Source of the DNA: a virus | Direction: 5' to 3' (one strand) | DNA length: 64,000 nucleotides | Virus record (IMG/VR): IMGVR_UViG_3300035703_000021 | Location: 32,001-96,000 of that record | Shown here: piece by piece, positions 16,365-27,513 of the stretch | How the letters are laid out: every line of letters starts with the position of its first letter | How positions within the stretch are numbered: the stretch's first letter is position 1 | Position numbers and translations under genes: made by a program | The notes under the pieces: model-generated | What the model was told of the DNA's origin: nothing | Database searches by the model: none | The model's input: only the letters and a program-made list of their open reading frames with translations

Positions 16365-17354
16365 TTATGTAAAGGATCCTACAGCAGTTGTGGATCCTTT
16401 TACCGTTCCGCCACTATTTGTAACAGAAACCAATAAGTTGCTGGAGAGCCTAACTACAGCAGCGCCTCCTAGCCCTTTATTTCCGCCGCTTCCTAAGCTC
16501 TCCGATTCCCCGCCAAGAATCCCAGAAGTCCTTGCCGGGCAGCCATTATTTCCGTTCTCTCCCCAGTCCCCGCCATTTCCTCCATATCCTGCTCCGCCTC
16601 CCTGCCCGCCGCCGTTACAATTATTTCCAGAGGCTCTACAGAAGTTAGAAGGACCGTTTCCGCCGTCCGCGCCGTCTTGATTGTTGTACCCGGCTCCTTT
16701 TCCTCCCGCCCCTCCGCTAGCGGAGCAGGCATAGTTGCCAATAATAGCATTCTGGTTGAATGAGTACGCACCTCCTCCGCCTCCGCCGCCTCCACCGCCT
16801 TGAACCTGTCCACTGGATTCCACAAGTAACTCACATGAGTATTGCACTCCTAATGCTGGAGATCCCGCCTGTCCAGTCCCACCATTAGCCGAGCCTCCAT
16901 TCCCCCCTCTACCCCAAAGTCTGCCACTAGAAGTGACAATATACTTTAGAAGGGTTGTTGATGAGTCCCAGGTTCCGGTTTTTAATGCTGCCGCTGTGGT
17001 TGATTCAGTGGCGCCAATAACGCTTCTGACCACGTGATATACTTTTTTAGTCTGACTGCTATCTCCCCTACTAGGGCGGGGCTTAAATCCTCCGATTACA
17101 ACAGCAGAACTATCGAATTTGGATCCTGAATCTACATTTGTTTCTTCCGCTGAATAATCCACTACGCAGTTAAGAGTTTTACCTCTAAGCTGGGAGAAGG
17201 ATATCGTCCCAGAGCTAGGAATACCTTCATCCAGAGGCCAGTTCCTGCCCGCGACACTCTGACTAACTCTGTACGCTCCCAGATTCTTGCCTGGCGGAGC
17301 GCCAAACTCCGCCGTTATATTGCTCCAGCTAATCTGACCGGTAGGTGTAGTCAT
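16365..17354 (-). CDS. Glycine-rich tail-tip / adhesin-like protein
   Basis: PTGQIS...I.AEFG and IPSSGTISFSQLRG N-terminal motifs; GGxGG repeats; follows the fibre gene. Confidence 0.65.
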   Translation of the reverse strand: MTTPTGQISWSNITAEFGAPPGKNLGAYRVSQSVAGRNWPLDEGIPSSGTISFSQLRGKTLNCVVDYSAEETNVDSGSKFDSSAVVIGGFKPRPSRGDSSQTKKVYHVVRSVIGATESTTAAALKTGTWDSSTTLLKYIVTSSGRLWGRGGNGGSANGGTGQAGSPALGVQYSCELLVESSGQVQGGGGGGGGGGAYSFNQNAIIGNYACSASGGAGGKGAGYNNQDGADGGNGPSNFCRASGNNCNGGGQGGGAGYGGNGGDWGENGNNGCPARTSGILGGESESLGSGGNKGLGGAAVVRLSSNLLVSVTNSGGTVKGSTTAVGSFT

Positions 17355-17370
17355 TCAGCCAACCCTCTAC

Positions 17371-20300
17371 TCACTTGGATCTCTTTAAATCTTCAACTTC
17401 CTGCTTGAGCTCCTTCACCGCCTCGATGAGGAGCGGGATGATCCTGTCGTAGGAGACGGCCAAGTACCCACTGTCTCGGCGGGTTACGGCCTCCGGCAGA
17501 ACCTCAAGCACCTCCTGAGCGATGACACCCACATCCGGACCAGTCTTGCCTGAGTCCTCGTTCCAGTCGAAAGTGTTCCCGCTGAGCGAGGTTAGCTTGT
17601 CGAGAGGCGAAGAGATCGGTACGATGTTGTCCTTCAGTCTGGCGTCAGAGGTGTAGAACGCGTAGATGTCCCCTCGGACGTACAGGTTGCCAGAACTCGA
17701 TGGTCCTCCAGCTTCTCCGATGTAAACATTCTGCTTGAACGTGATGTCCGCGTTAGCGATCTTGTCGGATGTAACGCCTCCATCTTGGATATTGATGGTG
17801 AACTGCAGAAGATCATCACCAGTATCCTCGGTACCATCTACGTCGAACGTCTGGGACGTTACCTCTATTCCCTCCCCGGCAAGGACGGAGTTATTGAATC
17901 TCGCGTTTAGCTCCCTGGCGAGGGAGGCCGCTGTGATTACGGCTTTCTCCGAGATACCCAGAGCCGTACCGGTGGCCGTCTGGCCGGAGCTCAGTCTCCT
18001 AGTCCCCTTAATAACGGCCTCGTTCGCGATCTGGATCAGTCCAGCGGCGCTGGTGCTAGCGTACACTTCCGCGGTGCTCTCGGCCGTGATACGACCGGTG
18101 AGGGTGTTGAACGTTGTTGATGGATCGAAGTAAACCTTCGTGTCTTGGCCAAAGTACAGGCTGCTAGCGCTGTTGCCGTCGCCGATCAGAAGCGACGACT
18201 TAATAACCACGCTATTAAATACCTGGTTGGTTACCGAGCCGGGCTCGTTATCCGCCTCGAGCGGAATGGCGAATTGCTCGCCGCTTCTCAGATCGAATAC
18301 GGTGGTACCGATGTAGAAGTTACCTTCCTCGTTCATACCAGTGGCGTACACCTTGCCGCCATTGCTCTCCACGATGATTTTGCCGAGGGCAAAGTCCTGC
18401 TCCAGAGGATCGCCCTGGAAGGTCGGGAAGGCGGTGTCGTAGTTCAGGTAACCGGTCCACTCCCACGTGTGTCCAGACGCTCTGATGACGGAGGGTCTGC
18501 GGAGACCGATCAGGACACCCGTAAAACTGGAGCTATTGCTTACCTTCAAGGAGATAGGTGTTTCACTGGGCTCGATGTCCTTGTCGAAATAGAACCCGGG
18601 GCGAGACTTCATCTCCGCGATAGCGACTCTGGTGATGGAGTCGACGGGGTCGGCTGTGTTCTCCGGCTCGTCGAAATCGATATCGGGGTAGAGTTCACCG
18701 GCGATAACGCGCCGGGCTTGGGATCCCTGAGTCAGGTAGGCTACGTACCGGCCGTCGGAAGGCTGCTTATTCTCGATTCTTTTCCTGTACGCGGCGGGAT
18801 CGAATACTTCGTCCCAATCCCTGATCTGGGATACGGTCAGTGGATCGGAGAGAAGAGTAGAGCTGCCGTTGATGGGATAGCCACTCACACCGAGCTGCTT
18901 CTCCAGTACGTAGAAGTTCTGGGGTCTTCTTACTCCTTGGTCCTTGATAAATCCGGAGAGAACAACTCTGTATACTCTCTCGTCGTTCTTTCTCTTATCC
19001 AGAGTTCTTACAGTGGTGATGGTGGAGCCATCGCTTATAAACTCAAGCAGTGAGTACTGCTGCTGGAGTACTGTTCTCTGAGCTTCTGGAATGATTACGT
19101 ATTTGAAGGCAGCGTCTAGTTTCTTGAGAAGGTACCCGTCACCGTCGAGATCCTGGACCTCCTCCACCACGGTTCCCGTTCTGACGTTGAAGTACCAGCT
19201 ATTTTTTGCTGAATCCCAGATAAAGATCTTCGATTCATCGTTGAGATTCTGGAACCCAGGGCTACTAGAGGGGGCTAGTTGCAGATCCCCGCAATAGGAG
19301 ATCGGATCTCCCTCAGCGCTAAATCCCCGGATGTAGATTCTCTTTCTCTCGGCCTTTGTCCCACCGGAGAGAACGTAAGAGCCGTCGGACTTCTTCCTGG
19401 TGTAGCTGAATTGCCCGAATCCCATATCCTCTGCTGTAGGAGGAACGTTCAGGCTGTAGTCCTTTATGTAGACTCTGACGTCCACAGGAGCGATGACGTT
19501 GCCACCATTATAGCTGGCGTTATCTACGTAATACTCCTTGGTCAGATCGTAGTCTAGGACTAATCCGGTATTTACCTGCGTATCCACGAGGGTAGCAGGT
19601 TCGGAGAAACTCAGAGCCTCGTATCTCAGAGGCTTAGGAGGGATGATCTCAAGAAGCTTTGTTCCGGCGTACGCGCCTGTAGGAGCCGATTCGTCCTGGC
19701 TGAAGGACCGGGTCTTGTAGCCGATGGAGTGTAGCGAAACATCACCGAAGTCCGAGCACGAGTTGGTGATGGACAGGTCCGCTCCGCTCTCAGCCACGAA
19801 GTGGTCAGCGTTACCGATGACAAAGCAGCTAACAATCTGGATGGTGGCGTTATTGCTACCTTTGAAGCCGAAGTGGCGGTACTTGAGAGGGTCGGTTGGG
19901 CACGGTCTGTACTGCTTACCCACTCCGTCATCTTTGTTGACCGGAGGATCCAGGTAGTACGAGTCGTCGTTGAAGCAGGTCGGGTCGGTCTGCAGCGACA
20001 CCTGGGTGAAGTTGGCGGTGACCATGGACCTGAAACCTGCCACCAGAGCGCCGTCAGCGTGGAGTCCGTTGAGGCCGAAGATCGATCTCACGGAACAGTT
20101 AAAGATGTACGGTGACGACGATCTTGTGGAGTTGATGTCAGGCAGATCGAAAGCTCTCTGGTCCCCGGAACCCTGCTTGCGGATCTTTGTCGCACCAGGA
20201 TAGGCGACCGGTGAGTCGGTGCGGGAGTCCGAGAAAGGAATACCTGTCAGGTTCTCCTCGGCGTCTGTCTGCCGGAGGTCCTTGGAGTCGTAGATTGGGG

Positions 20301-22431
20301 CGACGATTGTTGTCTCGGCGGAGATGGACTCCAGTCCCTGCGATCCCCAACCATCGTACTGGGCGAATAGAGTGTTAAGTTTGGAGTAGTAGGAGGTCTC
20401 TACCGAGCTACCAGCAACCTCGGACTGGGAGGCGAATCCGACCGAGGTTACAGTGTTGTGGCTTCTCGGAATCTGAGGGTTGTCAGTAAACGTGATGAGT
20501 GAGATATAGCTACCACCCGTCACCTTGAAGATGCAGGTTTTCTCGCGCTGAGGCTCCTCCTGGATCGGGTTGAGCTCGGGCACGTACATCGGCCTTACAC
20601 GAACCTTTCTCAGATCAACGCCGTTGATGGAGATACCACGAGGGACGATCAGACCGCCACCGGTGGGGTTGATGAGGGACAGACCATCGTAGTAGAGCTT
20701 GTCGTTGAGGGAGAAGTTGCCTCTAACATACTCCAGAGTCACGCTCCAGATTGAGGAGCTCAGACTATCCTTCTGGATCTTGACGATATTGCCCACTCCT
20801 CCCGACTCGGAGTAAAGAATACGGCCAAGGTTCAGCGCCTTGGGCGGTTGGGATAGAGTGGGGTTGAGTGAGTCGACCTGGATCACGATGGCTCTGTCCA
20901 ACTCGGTCACCGCGAGCACTTCGTACCCTGTATCCACTCGCTGGATCAGGCCGGTGTCCGCTGTTAGACCGGGAACGCTTCCTGATCCCGGAGAGTTGTC
21001 AACGTAGTAATCTCCAGGGGAGAGCTCGATCACGACTCGATCGTAGCGATCGTTGTACTGACCGGCTCTGCGGCTCTCCCTTACGGCCTCGACGATGGCT
21101 CTCTCGATCGAGCGGAAGGGCTTGGACTGATTGAAACCGTTGTTGGTGAGAGCGTCGTCGCCGGTAGCGGGATCGACGTAGATGATATTGCGTACTGTTG
21201 GGTCGGCCGTGGCTCCCTGGCGGTCGCATCTGGGAGTGTTCTGGACTTTGATCAGTCCTCCCTGACCGTCAGCGTAAACAGCGACCGACGGGTAGAATTC
21301 CTTATAGCACTTGGAGGTGGAGGCTTCGTAGCGATAGACGCCCTCGGGAGGGTTAGGATAGACCGCGGGAATGGTTGATCCGTCGGGGCACTCAGTGGCG
21401 AGACGAGTGCCGATGAACTCACGGCCTCCGCAGCTCAGGAACGTACCGAGAACAGGCGAGCAGTCACCACCGGGAGTCTCCTCGAACTTCCACTCGGACG
21501 TCGCGGCGTGGAAGAACAGCTCGATGTGCGCGTCCTTGATGTTGATGATCCAGTCATCCACGGAGTTGGCGATCTTGGTATCGCCGCCTGGGCGGATAAT
21601 GATGGGGAACCGATCGAAGGTACCGGAGATGTCAACGATGGCGACTCTGTCGGAGTCAGTGGGAACGGCAGGAAGTGAGACGATGAGGGAGCCGTTTGAT
21701 GTGTCCGCGATGACTCTCTCCCAGCTCTTAGCGGCGTAGGAGTCCGACTTGATCGCCGTGTTGCGAAGGGTGCGTGGGTAGGTGTTTAGGTTGCCGACGT
21801 AAAGGTTGGGGCGAAGGTCGACGTATCCGGTTCCGACAACATCACCGTCCTCGTTGGTTGCTAGGGCGGTTCCGCTTGGCGCGAGAGTTAACTTGGCAAG
21901 AGGGACGTGAGGGATCGAAACGGACGGAAGTGCGGCACCAATAGAGATCTCTACCGGCTCATCGTCTGCGATGTTCTCCTTTGCCGCGGCCTCATTCACG
22001 TACAGGTACGTTGTCGAACTCAGGCTAGCGTCGATCAGTTTTACAATGTACCTAGGCCACGAGATAACGCTGCCGTCCGACCCGACGATACTCCCGGCCT
22101 CTACCCAAACGCCATATCCGCCGCCCGTCACAGGCACGAGCGTAGGAGGCCCTTGGATTACTTGCTGCGTTACTAAGTCCCATCCGAGCACGATACCATC
22201 GTGGGCCAGTCGTCCCAGCGCGGTCTCGTTATCCTCGCGAGGATCCGCTACTTCCCAGTCCTTGAGACTGTCCCTCTGGCCGATCTTCCAGCCGGCGTGA
22301 TCGGAACTAGTCGGTTCTGAGTAGTAGTTGTCGCGAGACGAGGTCGCCGAAAAGCTAGTGCCTTTCTGCGTCTCATTGAGATATTCTTTGGAAACGATTG
22401 TTCCATTCTGGAACTGGATCTTATCTAGCAT
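17371..22431 (-). CDS. Long tail fibre with C-terminal intramolecular chaperone (peptidase S74)
   Basis: SDARLKDNI...GVIAQEV...VSYDRIIPLLIEAVKEL; cyanophage-like NG...PFRSIERA segment. Confidence 0.85.
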   Translation of the reverse strand: MLDKIQFQNGTIVSKEYLNETQKGTSFSATSSRDNYYSEPTSSDHAGWKIGQRDSLKDWEVADPREDNETALGRLAHDGIVLGWDLVTQQVIQGPPTLVPVTGGGYGVWVEAGSIVGSDGSVISWPRYIVKLIDASLSSTTYLYVNEAAAKENIADDEPVEISIGAALPSVSIPHVPLAKLTLAPSGTALATNEDGDVVGTGYVDLRPNLYVGNLNTYPRTLRNTAIKSDSYAAKSWERVIADTSNGSLIVSLPAVPTDSDRVAIVDISGTFDRFPIIIRPGGDTKIANSVDDWIINIKDAHIELFFHAATSEWKFEETPGGDCSPVLGTFLSCGGREFIGTRLATECPDGSTIPAVYPNPPEGVYRYEASTSKCYKEFYPSVAVYADGQGGLIKVQNTPRCDRQGATADPTVRNIIYVDPATGDDALTNNGFNQSKPFRSIERAIVEAVRESRRAGQYNDRYDRVVIELSPGDYYVDNSPGSGSVPGLTADTGLIQRVDTGYEVLAVTELDRAIVIQVDSLNPTLSQPPKALNLGRILYSESGGVGNIVKIQKDSLSSSIWSVTLEYVRGNFSLNDKLYYDGLSLINPTGGGLIVPRGISINGVDLRKVRVRPMYVPELNPIQEEPQREKTCIFKVTGGSYISLITFTDNPQIPRSHNTVTSVGFASQSEVAGSSVETSYYSKLNTLFAQYDGWGSQGLESISAETTIVAPIYDSKDLRQTDAEENLTGIPFSDSRTDSPVAYPGATKIRKQGSGDQRAFDLPDINSTRSSSPYIFNCSVRSIFGLNGLHADGALVAGFRSMVTANFTQVSLQTDPTCFNDDSYYLDPPVNKDDGVGKQYRPCPTDPLKYRHFGFKGSNNATIQIVSCFVIGNADHFVAESGADLSITNSCSDFGDVSLHSIGYKTRSFSQDESAPTGAYAGTKLLEIIPPKPLRYEALSFSEPATLVDTQVNTGLVLDYDLTKEYYVDNASYNGGNVIAPVDVRVYIKDYSLNVPPTAEDMGFGQFSYTRKKSDGSYVLSGGTKAERKRIYIRGFSAEGDPISYCGDLQLAPSSSPGFQNLNDESKIFIWDSAKNSWYFNVRTGTVVEEVQDLDGDGYLLKKLDAAFKYVIIPEAQRTVLQQQYSLLEFISDGSTITTVRTLDKRKNDERVYRVVLSGFIKDQGVRRPQNFYVLEKQLGVSGYPINGSSTLLSDPLTVSQIRDWDEVFDPAAYRKRIENKQPSDGRYVAYLTQGSQARRVIAGELYPDIDFDEPENTADPVDSITRVAIAEMKSRPGFYFDKDIEPSETPISLKVSNSSSFTGVLIGLRRPSVIRASGHTWEWTGYLNYDTAFPTFQGDPLEQDFALGKIIVESNGGKVYATGMNEEGNFYIGTTVFDLRSGEQFAIPLEADNEPGSVTNQVFNSVVIKSSLLIGDGNSASSLYFGQDTKVYFDPSTTFNTLTGRITAESTAEVYASTSAAGLIQIANEAVIKGTRRLSSGQTATGTALGISEKAVITAASLARELNARFNNSVLAGEGIEVTSQTFDVDGTEDTGDDLLQFTINIQDGGVTSDKIANADITFKQNVYIGEAGGPSSSGNLYVRGDIYAFYTSDARLKDNIVPISSPLDKLTSLSGNTFDWNEDSGKTGPDVGVIAQEVLEVLPEAVTRRDSGYLAVSYDRIIPLLIEAVKELKQEVEDLKRSK

Positions 22432-22442
22432 GATGAGAAGCT

Positions 22443-23000
22443 TTATGTCTCAGGGATCGAACTCACCCAAAGTAGTCTTCCGATCCACTCAGCGCTTGGA
22501 CCGAAAGAGCACAGTTCTACGAGGATTTTTCTTCCTTGGGTTTTGTAGAAATCAATAGGATTGTCAGCTTCAAGATTAAGCTGATCGGCATCTCCGCCCC
22601 AGGTCACCATCGTCGCTCCTAGCTTCCAAGTCGTGTCGGCTCCCCAGTTCACCGGGTAGTCGAAGTAGGTCTGGAAGCTCTGGAGCGGATTCTGGACGAA
22701 CCTGAGCAGAATTCGCTGCTGTCTGTAGAAGCCTGGAGGAATGTCCAACGGATTCGTGTTCGCGATCGGAAGATTATCCGCGGTCGTAACATCGACATCC
22801 AAGTAGTTGGAGTAGAGCAACGGGCCTATGGGGGAGTTCTTCACCGCTCCGCCCAGCTCCACAGGAGTGCCGATAGAGTCACCGGCCCACATCCTTCCGT
22901 CCGCAACGTTAACGCAGACCTCGCCCTCGCTGAGGTCGCCAATGAAAGGCTCCTCGCCAGGAAGTGAGGCTGTTATCTGCTGGAGAGTCGCTTCCGCCAT
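22443..23000 (-). CDS. Putative virion/tail protein
   Basis: LSEGEVCVNVADGRMW fibre-like motif; adjacent to the fibre gene. Confidence 0.55.
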   Translation of the reverse strand: MAEATLQQITASLPGEEPFIGDLSEGEVCVNVADGRMWAGDSIGTPVELGGAVKNSPIGPLLYSNYLDVDVTTADNLPIANTNPLDIPPGFYRQQRILLRFVQNPLQSFQTYFDYPVNWGADTTWKLGATMVTWGGDADQLNLEADNPIDFYKTQGRKILVELCSFGPSAEWIGRLLWVSSIPET

Positions 23001-23068
23001 TAACAACGAACAATGTGTCTGATAACCTTTAACCTACCTTTCGCGGTTTAAATTATAAATAGACACAG

Positions 23069-24118
23069 GTGGTTTCGGCTTTGAAAACAGGGTACGTCAC
23101 AAACAGTTTTAGCACGCTAGGCGGACTAGCCTCGGTAGCCTATGGCGACCCCGAGTACTTTCGCGAGGTGCAGAACCAAGTCTACGCCCAGTCTCCGACA
23201 AGGTTTCTGGATATGCACAGGCCCTCCGCTGTGGTGGCAGACTTCTTTGGATCCTCGGAGAGAATCGTGCGAGAGATAATGGCCGCTTTGGAGTCTAGGT
23301 ATCAGACCGACTCCGTGTTCTCGGACTACGTGGATATAGAGTTCGGAGCGGATTGGAGAGACGTGCTGGAGGATAGAATCAGCGTCGAATTCTTCCTGGT
23401 CGTTGACGCTCAGGAAACCTACAACCTGACAATGTCCGACTACCTTGGAGTGACTTTCTCCAACGTCCTTCCGCTTTTCCCAGACGTCCGATCCCTGTCC
23501 GCTGGAGTGCTGGAGAGGCTGCAGGATCTCGCGGATGTGGGGGAGGATGTCCAACTTATCTCCAGAGTGGCGTCCAACAACCCACAGACGAAACTCTCCG
23601 TTCCTCCTCTGGACTCACGTGTGGATCTTGAGAGCTCGGTGGATCTAGGATCGGATTACAGAGGCGTTGAGTTCACCCTGGGTTACATAACTCCTCAGGA
23701 ATACTGGAAGGACGTAGCCTACCCAGGATTGACCAGCGCGGTTATTCCTACGGCTCTGCGAGATAGCATAAACCAGGGGTACGTAGGGTACTCCTCACAG
23801 ACACCGTTGGAGGCTCTATTCAATCCTGTCGGTGCTCAATCCGTATCCAGCACCGATCTCCCTGTAGAGAGTACATCTCCGACAAATTCTCCGGCCTCGT
23901 ATCTGAACCAGTTCCCAGAGCAGCTTCAAGCCGATAAGGACGTATATTCGATCTCGCTGATGGGAGAGACTCTCAATGGCTACACAACCTTCGACCCAGC
24001 GACCATGTCCAATGGTGACCTGATCGATCAGAGCCAAGTTCCGCAATTCGAGGAGGAGAATGCGGATCCACTGGGTGGTTTGACATCCTCATCCAGAAAC
24101 TTTACAACCGCATTCTAA
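23069..24118 (+). CDS. Putative baseplate protein (gpX/LysM-like N-terminus)
   Basis: STLGGLASVAYGDP start; directly upstream of baseplate J. Confidence 0.5.
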   Translation: MVSALKTGYVTNSFSTLGGLASVAYGDPEYFREVQNQVYAQSPTRFLDMHRPSAVVADFFGSSERIVREIMAALESRYQTDSVFSDYVDIEFGADWRDVLEDRISVEFFLVVDAQETYNLTMSDYLGVTFSNVLPLFPDVRSLSAGVLERLQDLADVGEDVQLISRVASNNPQTKLSVPPLDSRVDLESSVDLGSDYRGVEFTLGYITPQEYWKDVAYPGLTSAVIPTALRDSINQGYVGYSSQTPLEALFNPVGAQSVSSTDLPVESTSPTNSPASYLNQFPEQLQADKDVYSISLMGETLNGYTTFDPATMSNGDLIDQSQVPQFEEENADPLGGLTSSSRNFTTAF

Positions 24119-25401
24119 TGGCTAACATCTACGGTCCCATACTTCCGCTACAGCTTGACAGCAGAAATACTGAGGCTTTGGTGCGAGCCATTCAGACTCG
24201 CATATACCTGGAGTCCGGTGGGCAGCTCAACGACTTTACGCCCTCCTCACCACTTTCGGCCATTAGCGAGGGCCAAGCGTTCGCTCAGGCCGAGCTACTC
24301 TACTACTTGAATAATCTCCCTGAGGCTTTTAGTCTGCAGTGGTTGAGGCAGCTCGGCGTGCAGAGGAAGATCGGAAGCAGGGCGCTGGTCGATGTGACTT
24401 TCTACAAGGTACCGGGTTACCAGAGACCGCTGATAATCCCCAAGGGGACAAAACTCGTTGCCAGTGGCGGGCAGGTTTTTGTAACACTCGAGGAGGTTAG
24501 GGTGCTGGAGTCGCAGTTCTCTGCGTCAGCATCCTGTCAGTCCGAGAGGTGGGGCCAAGCCTACAACGTTGGGGCTGGTGAGATAAATAAGATCGAGAGG
24601 AATTTTGCTGGGTTGGAGTTTCTTAGGAACGAGTCCTCCGCGGTGGGAGGCACCGATACCGAGTCTGTATCCCAGATGAAGCAGAGAGCGTTCGAAGTTC
24701 TCAGCAGGAGAAATCTTACTACCTCAGCGGACTTTGAAAACGAAGTTAGAACCCTGGTTCCGGAGACGAGCATTGTTAAGGTTCTCACTTACGAGGAGAG
24801 AAATAATCTCTCCGAGGCGTTCTCCGGCAATGTTGTTATCTGTGTAGGCGACCAGAATGGAGGCGCGCTCAGCTCTTCCAACCTCTCCTACCTAGTCAGC
24901 TCTATGAAACCGAGAGTGACCATAGGAACTAACATCTCCTTTATCTCCCCTGACGTTGTTCCTGTAGATCTCAGAGTGCAGTTGTACTACGACCCAGCCA
25001 CGACGGAGGGGGGCGCTGACTTTCTAGCGTCACAAGTGCTAGAGGCGATGAGAACGTACTTAGACCCGCAGAACCTCTCACTAGGTTCCGATCTTTCCTA
25101 CCAGGATATGCTCAAGATCCTGTACTCCTTTGACTTTGTGGACTCGGTTAATCGGCTGGATGTTCTGAGCATGCTTAAGAACCCCGCTGTTATCGAGGGA
25201 TTCTGCGCTGGGTTCTCCGGCGAGGAGACCGATGACGGGTGCGACTACGAGTACATCGGGGCCGTAGATGAGGATAATCAGATTCAGACGGCGTTCTCCT
25301 CCATCTCGTCGTATAAGCTTTACAGAGCCCAGATAGCTTTTATCTCAGTCAAGGATTCCTCCCCTCTGACCTTCTACTATGAAAACCTGTACACCCCATG
25401 A
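24118..25401 (+). CDS. Baseplate J-like wedge protein
   Basis: NDFTPSSP, IIPKGT, WGQAYNV, AVGGTDTES...RA and TSADFE motifs. Confidence 0.9.
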   Translation: MANIYGPILPLQLDSRNTEALVRAIQTRIYLESGGQLNDFTPSSPLSAISEGQAFAQAELLYYLNNLPEAFSLQWLRQLGVQRKIGSRALVDVTFYKVPGYQRPLIIPKGTKLVASGGQVFVTLEEVRVLESQFSASASCQSERWGQAYNVGAGEINKIERNFAGLEFLRNESSAVGGTDTESVSQMKQRAFEVLSRRNLTTSADFENEVRTLVPETSIVKVLTYEERNNLSEAFSGNVVICVGDQNGGALSSSNLSYLVSSMKPRVTIGTNISFISPDVVPVDLRVQLYYDPATTEGGADFLASQVLEAMRTYLDPQNLSLGSDLSYQDMLKILYSFDFVDSVNRLDVLSMLKNPAVIEGFCAGFSGEETDDGCDYEYIGAVDEDNQIQTAFSSISSYKLYRAQIAFISVKDSSPLTFYYENLYTP

Positions 25402-27512
25402 ATCTCTCGAGTTGGAATAGTGTAAGAGCACCAGGGAGACGCAATCCAGCGCTTCTGCCCGCCCACGTGATCGTAGAGTTCGAAAGAACTAAGCAGAATA
25501 AGATATTCGCTCACAAGCTCGGCAATGTTAATTTCTCTCGCGCGAAGGATATTAACGCCGAGAGACAGAAGGTCGTAGACTATGAGATTGATAATCTGAC
25601 CACCAACGGCTTCGTGTTCAAAAATGTGGGGCACGTATACTCAGAGGAGCTCGTGACACCCGACAGCGGCTCCTACTCCTACGAGATACTGGCCCATGGT
25701 CATCCGCTCGGAGGCACCGAGCATGGGGGTATGGAGTCGTGCTCCAGAGAGGGCCTGGAGTGCGCTGGGGGCGAGGGTACAGATTCCCTATGTAATCCGG
25801 GCAAGTGCGTTATAGGAACTCTTGAGAGAGTCAGCGGGTCGAAGTGGAAGTACACCTCAGCAAACACGTACGGAGATGATGACCTCCCGCTCACTTACTA
25901 CCTCCCTGCTTCCGAATCGGTGAGGCTCCGGACAGTGACTAGAGGCAACCATGCAACCTACTCATCCACCGGCGCCGCTAGCACGATTCAGATCACCAGG
26001 CCGGCGAGCATTTCGTCGACGATCTTTTTACCACCCAAGTTCTACTTCTCTGAGGATTTTATCGACTCCGCGTTGATCCGCATAGACGAAAGGCTGAACA
26101 GTGTGGCTCAAAGCCCGCAGTCTAACGTAATCGGGATAGAAGACAGAAAGACCAGGTTCGTTCAGAAGATCATATCCTCCTCCTACTACGGCGCTTCGGA
26201 GACGTACTTAAACGAGAAGCTGTACTCCACCGCCACTGAGGAGATCAGAGATACTCTAGTGGAGGCGTTTGAGGATATAGACGAGAAGTGGAAGGAGAGG
26301 TGCCTTAGTGTCATAGACGAGGAGTTCTTGTACAGATTCGCTAGGATCTATAATGGCCTGGATTTTATCTCCGTGGTTTTTGACAGAGTAAAGGAACTCT
26401 TCGACTCCATCATCCAAGTCACCAAGAGTTCGATAAGGATGGCGTCGCTCGAGTACGAAAAAGAACTCATATCGAGGCCCGTCTACTCCAGGCTGCCTGG
26501 GATCTCCGAGGGCTACAGATCCGACCCAGCTTTCTCCGACGTGGAGACCCCTGCGCAGTGGCTGACCTCGGGCGTTGACGAGTTTCTATCCAAAAAGAAG
26601 GATTCCATAGCATCCTTCTACGCTGACTACCTCGATCCGGATTCTTGCAATCCCGCCCTACTGGACTGGTTGGCTCAGCACGTCGGGCTCTTCGGAGGTC
26701 TGTGGAACCCGGAGTGGGATGTAGAGGTGAAGAGAGCCATGCTTCGCAACGCGTTCGGCTGGTGGGATAGAGCCGCGAGCGTGAATCTGCCGGGAGAGGG
26801 CGATGTTCTCACGCCAAAGGGTGAGGCGTTGAGCAAGTTTCCGTTCAATAGCTCTGACTGGGTGGCGAGTTCCGCGTCCAACTTCCTCAACATCAAGCTC
26901 GACGAGATCGGAGTTATAAGAATCAACCAGGGAGAGGTGCAGTCTTCCTCTGAGATCGTAAGAACAAAGACGTTCTCTTCTACGACGAACAAGGTAACGG
27001 TGGGAACCGTCTCGTCGCCTAAGGTGGATAAGTCGCTCTGGAACGGCCTCATAGAGGCGAAAGGAAGCCTGCTTGGAGCTTTCTTCCTGTGTTCCGTGTT
27101 TGGGTTAAAGTCCCATAGTCCTCTTGAGCTTCGTGTTGTTGACGCTAATCGCGGCATTCTTCAGCCGAGAACGGGCCTTCGGGAGTCGGAGATACAGGCC
27201 CCAACACTGATCCCTTACAAGCAGGATGTTATTCAGGTCGGTACCCTATCCGACGCAGCGATAGGTAACTTCAACAATCAGCTCGTTGCTGATGTAAGCC
27301 TGGCCAGTAGCACCGAGGGTAGCCGCAATGTCTTCTTCAGAGTCCCCTACTACTATAACAGGGACGGGAAGTCGTGGGACCGAGTATCCTACATCGCGTC
27401 CAACTGGATGCCTTCCAATCTCAACGTGAGAGTCCAGTACGCCTACCTCTCCGCCGATCTGTGGGCGGTGGGGGACGCTTTCTTCGAAGCGAAAGTAATC
27501 ATCACTGGGTAA
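25398..27512 (+). CDS. Baseplate/tail protein with a P2 gpI-like domain
   Basis: YLDPDSCNPALLDWLAQHVG...W...KR; follows baseplate J. Confidence 0.7.
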   Translation: MNLSSWNSVRAPGRRNPALLPAHVIVEFERTKQNKIFAHKLGNVNFSRAKDINAERQKVVDYEIDNLTTNGFVFKNVGHVYSEELVTPDSGSYSYEILAHGHPLGGTEHGGMESCSREGLECAGGEGTDSLCNPGKCVIGTLERVSGSKWKYTSANTYGDDDLPLTYYLPASESVRLRTVTRGNHATYSSTGAASTIQITRPASISSTIFLPPKFYFSEDFIDSALIRIDERLNSVAQSPQSNVIGIEDRKTRFVQKIISSSYYGASETYLNEKLYSTATEEIRDTLVEAFEDIDEKWKERCLSVIDEEFLYRFARIYNGLDFISVVFDRVKELFDSIIQVTKSSIRMASLEYEKELISRPVYSRLPGISEGYRSDPAFSDVETPAQWLTSGVDEFLSKKKDSIASFYADYLDPDSCNPALLDWLAQHVGLFGGLWNPEWDVEVKRAMLRNAFGWWDRAASVNLPGEGDVLTPKGEALSKFPFNSSDWVASSASNFLNIKLDEIGVIRINQGEVQSSSEIVRTKTFSSTTNKVTVGTVSSPKVDKSLWNGLIEAKGSLLGAFFLCSVFGLKSHSPLELRVVDANRGILQPRTGLRESEIQAPTLIPYKQDVIQVGTLSDAAIGNFNNQLVADVSLASSTEGSRNVFFRVPYYYNRDGKSWDRVSYIASNWMPSNLNVRVQYAYLSADLWAVGDAFFEAKVIITG

Positions 27513-27513
27513 T